In this document: piece by piece, positions 61,978-64,000 of the stretch
Layout: every line of letters starts with the position of its first letter
Numbering within the stretch: the first letter of the stretch is position 1
Assembly: GCF_009914755.1 (NCBI RefSeq)
Contig: NC_060932.1
DNA: 64,000 nt
From: the human T2T-CHM13v2.0 reference genome, Homo sapiens
Reading direction: 5' to 3' (one strand)
Made by a program: the position numbers and the translations under genes
Notes under the pieces: model-generated
What the model saw: only the letters and a program-made list of their open reading frames with translations
Database searches by the model: none
Told to the model about the DNA's origin: nothing

Positions 61978-62530
61978 CTTCATTTTCTAGAGTCGTTTTA
62001 GGTTCACAACTGTCTTCTATACACCCCACTCTCCCACTATCACCATCCAGCCCCAGAGTGGTACCTTTGTTACTGTCAATGAACCTACACTGACACGTCA
62101 TTGTCACCCAAAGTTCATAGTTTATATTGGTTTTGCACATTCTTTGGTTTCTGGACAAATGTTTAATGACATGTATCCACCATTGTAGTATCACACAGAG
62201 TTGTTGCACTGCCCAAAAACTTCTCTGTGCTTTGCCTGTTCATCCCCTTCTCCCCTCAACTCCTGGCAACCTTTTTATGGTTTCCCTAGTTTTGCCTTTC
62301 CAGAATGTCATATAGTTGGAGTCATACAGTGTGGAGCTTCAGATTGGCTTCTTTCACATAGTCATATACAGTTCACATTCCTCCCTCTCTCTTCATGGTT
62401 TGATAGCTCATTTCCTTTTAGCACTGAATTATCCATTGTCTGGATGTACCACAGTTTCTCTATTCACCTACTGGATAGCATCTTGGTTGCTTCCAAGTTT
62501 TGGCAATTATGAATAAAGCTGCTATAAACA
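61978..62530 (-). mobile_element. L1MC-type 3' fragment, antisense
   Basis: gtggtacctttgttactgtcaatgaacctacactgacacgtcattgtcacccaaag...ttggcaattatgaataaagctgctataaaca. Confidence 0.85.
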
Positions 62531-64000
62531 AGTGGAATTTCTATCTATATTAGTAAAGCAATGCTGGTAGAATATGTCACAGACTGTGGAATTGTCCTAT
62601 TATAATACAACCAGAAATAATTATCTTGCTTATTTAACAAGATTTTATGAATTCCTACCTAATGGATTTTACCAGTTTTATGTGGATCTCCAATTTGAAG
62701 GCTATCACCTATCTACAGAATGAGTGGGCTTCTACATGAAAGATGTAATTCTCTCTCCAAATGGAAGAGGTTTAGAGTTTTTGTTAGGAGAAACCTTTTC
62801 AAATCTTCTTTGAATGTACTTCATTCACTCACGTTATAATTGTTTTCGCAGAGTGCATTTTGGGATTTTCTTTTGTTTTGCAGCCTCAGGGGAATAGGAA
62901 CAGATGTTATTCCAGGGTTCAAAAAATTCTTACTTTTTAATCTCATTTCCTTCTATCTTATTCTTTAATTTTTTGGAAAACTATTTTCTTTTAAACATAA
63001 TACATGAAGTTACTTTTTTTTCCCCTCAGGAAAAAAACCAGCCTTCACCACATCCAAATGCCCATATTTTCTTACTTTGTTGACAGCTAAGTGAGGAATT
63101 GGAGTGGAAATAATTTCGGAGGATATTTTTTGTTGTTTGAAAATCAGTTCTCTACAGTTATTGAAATTCCTTGTCCTGCCAGGGCTTCAGTCATCTCAAA
63201 TGCAGTGCATAGGAGTCTACATTTTTGGTGTAAATACTAGGAAGACTCATTGTCAGGTATAAAATGGCATCTCTCTTTCACCTGTATATAAAGTAGAAAC
63301 TGTATTTTAAAAAATGATATCCTACCACAAGCCCTGACAATGACTTGTAAAGGTTAGGCACAGATGTGGTTTTTCCCTCATTCAGTAATTATCATTTTTG
63401 TTTCTCTCCAGTTCTTGTTTCCTAAGATTATGGGGAAAAGCCTGTACTTAGATACAATGTTTCTTTGATTGTTGTGTGAAATATTTCTTGCCTAATGTAA
63501 TTTAAAAATTGTTATATTAAATATGTTAATTGTTAAATATACAGGAATAAATGACAAAAAGAGGAAGTGATACCCCAGTAAGAAAGTCACAAGGTATCTG
63601 TGTGTGATAAAATAGCAAAACCTGAGATTCAGCTGTAGTCTGTTAGTCTTAAAGCAATATCATAAATATCATAAATAACTTCCTGCAGAAGAGAGACTCT
63701 GAAGAGAAAATAAATGCCATTGCTTGTAAATTCTAGATATGGTCCTTTATGCAGTAAAGAATTATCCTATTAACTCTTAAAAGTTTTACTCAGAGTGAGA
63801 CCTTAAATCAAAGTGCTGCAAATAGTTTTGTCAGGAAGATGTAACACTATATTTAGTGTTACTAAATCTGCTTAAGTAAGGAACTGATGCTTGCACTAAC
63901 CAAACTACAGCTGAGGGCCTTGATACCTGAGAGGCCTATAAAATTTTGAAGCAATGTTTCAAATTCTTTTGGCTTAGAAGAAAACTTTTAATGTCAGACT

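Overview
Primate (human-like) genomic DNA from inside the HMBOX1 gene (homeobox containing 1, also HOT1/TAH1), transcribed on the + strand. The first ~40 kb is intron. Three coding exons follow: 39992-40071 (5'UTR plus ATG at 40049), 46221-46697 and 56231-56316. They splice in frame to MLSSFPVVLLETMSHYTDEPRFTIEQ...EELMRRDSSVIKEEIKAFLANRRISQAVVAQVTG. The promoter, first exon and homeodomain exons lie outside the window. The rest is AT-rich intron holding about 30 Alu copies or fragments, L1/L2/MIR relics, MaLR and MER34-like LTRs, and hAT/Tigger DNA transposons. Almost all other ORF-track entries come from Alus or are chance ORFs. I see no CRISPR array, RNA gene or other novel multi-gene system. 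The best candidates for undescribed biology are post-transcriptional: (i) a 477-nt exon flanked by inverted Alus that would circularise into a stop-free endless ORF; (ii) a uORF plus an ATG-TAA start-stop element just before the main ATG; (iii) an in-frame upstream acceptor that would add 20 aa at the POU-like domain; (iv) a 37-bp-stem hairpin not explained by any repeat I recognise; (v) a ~150-bp local templated duplication between 12-bp direct repeats; (vi) a recursive-splice-like motif. Repeat boundaries and subfamily calls were made by eye and are approximate.
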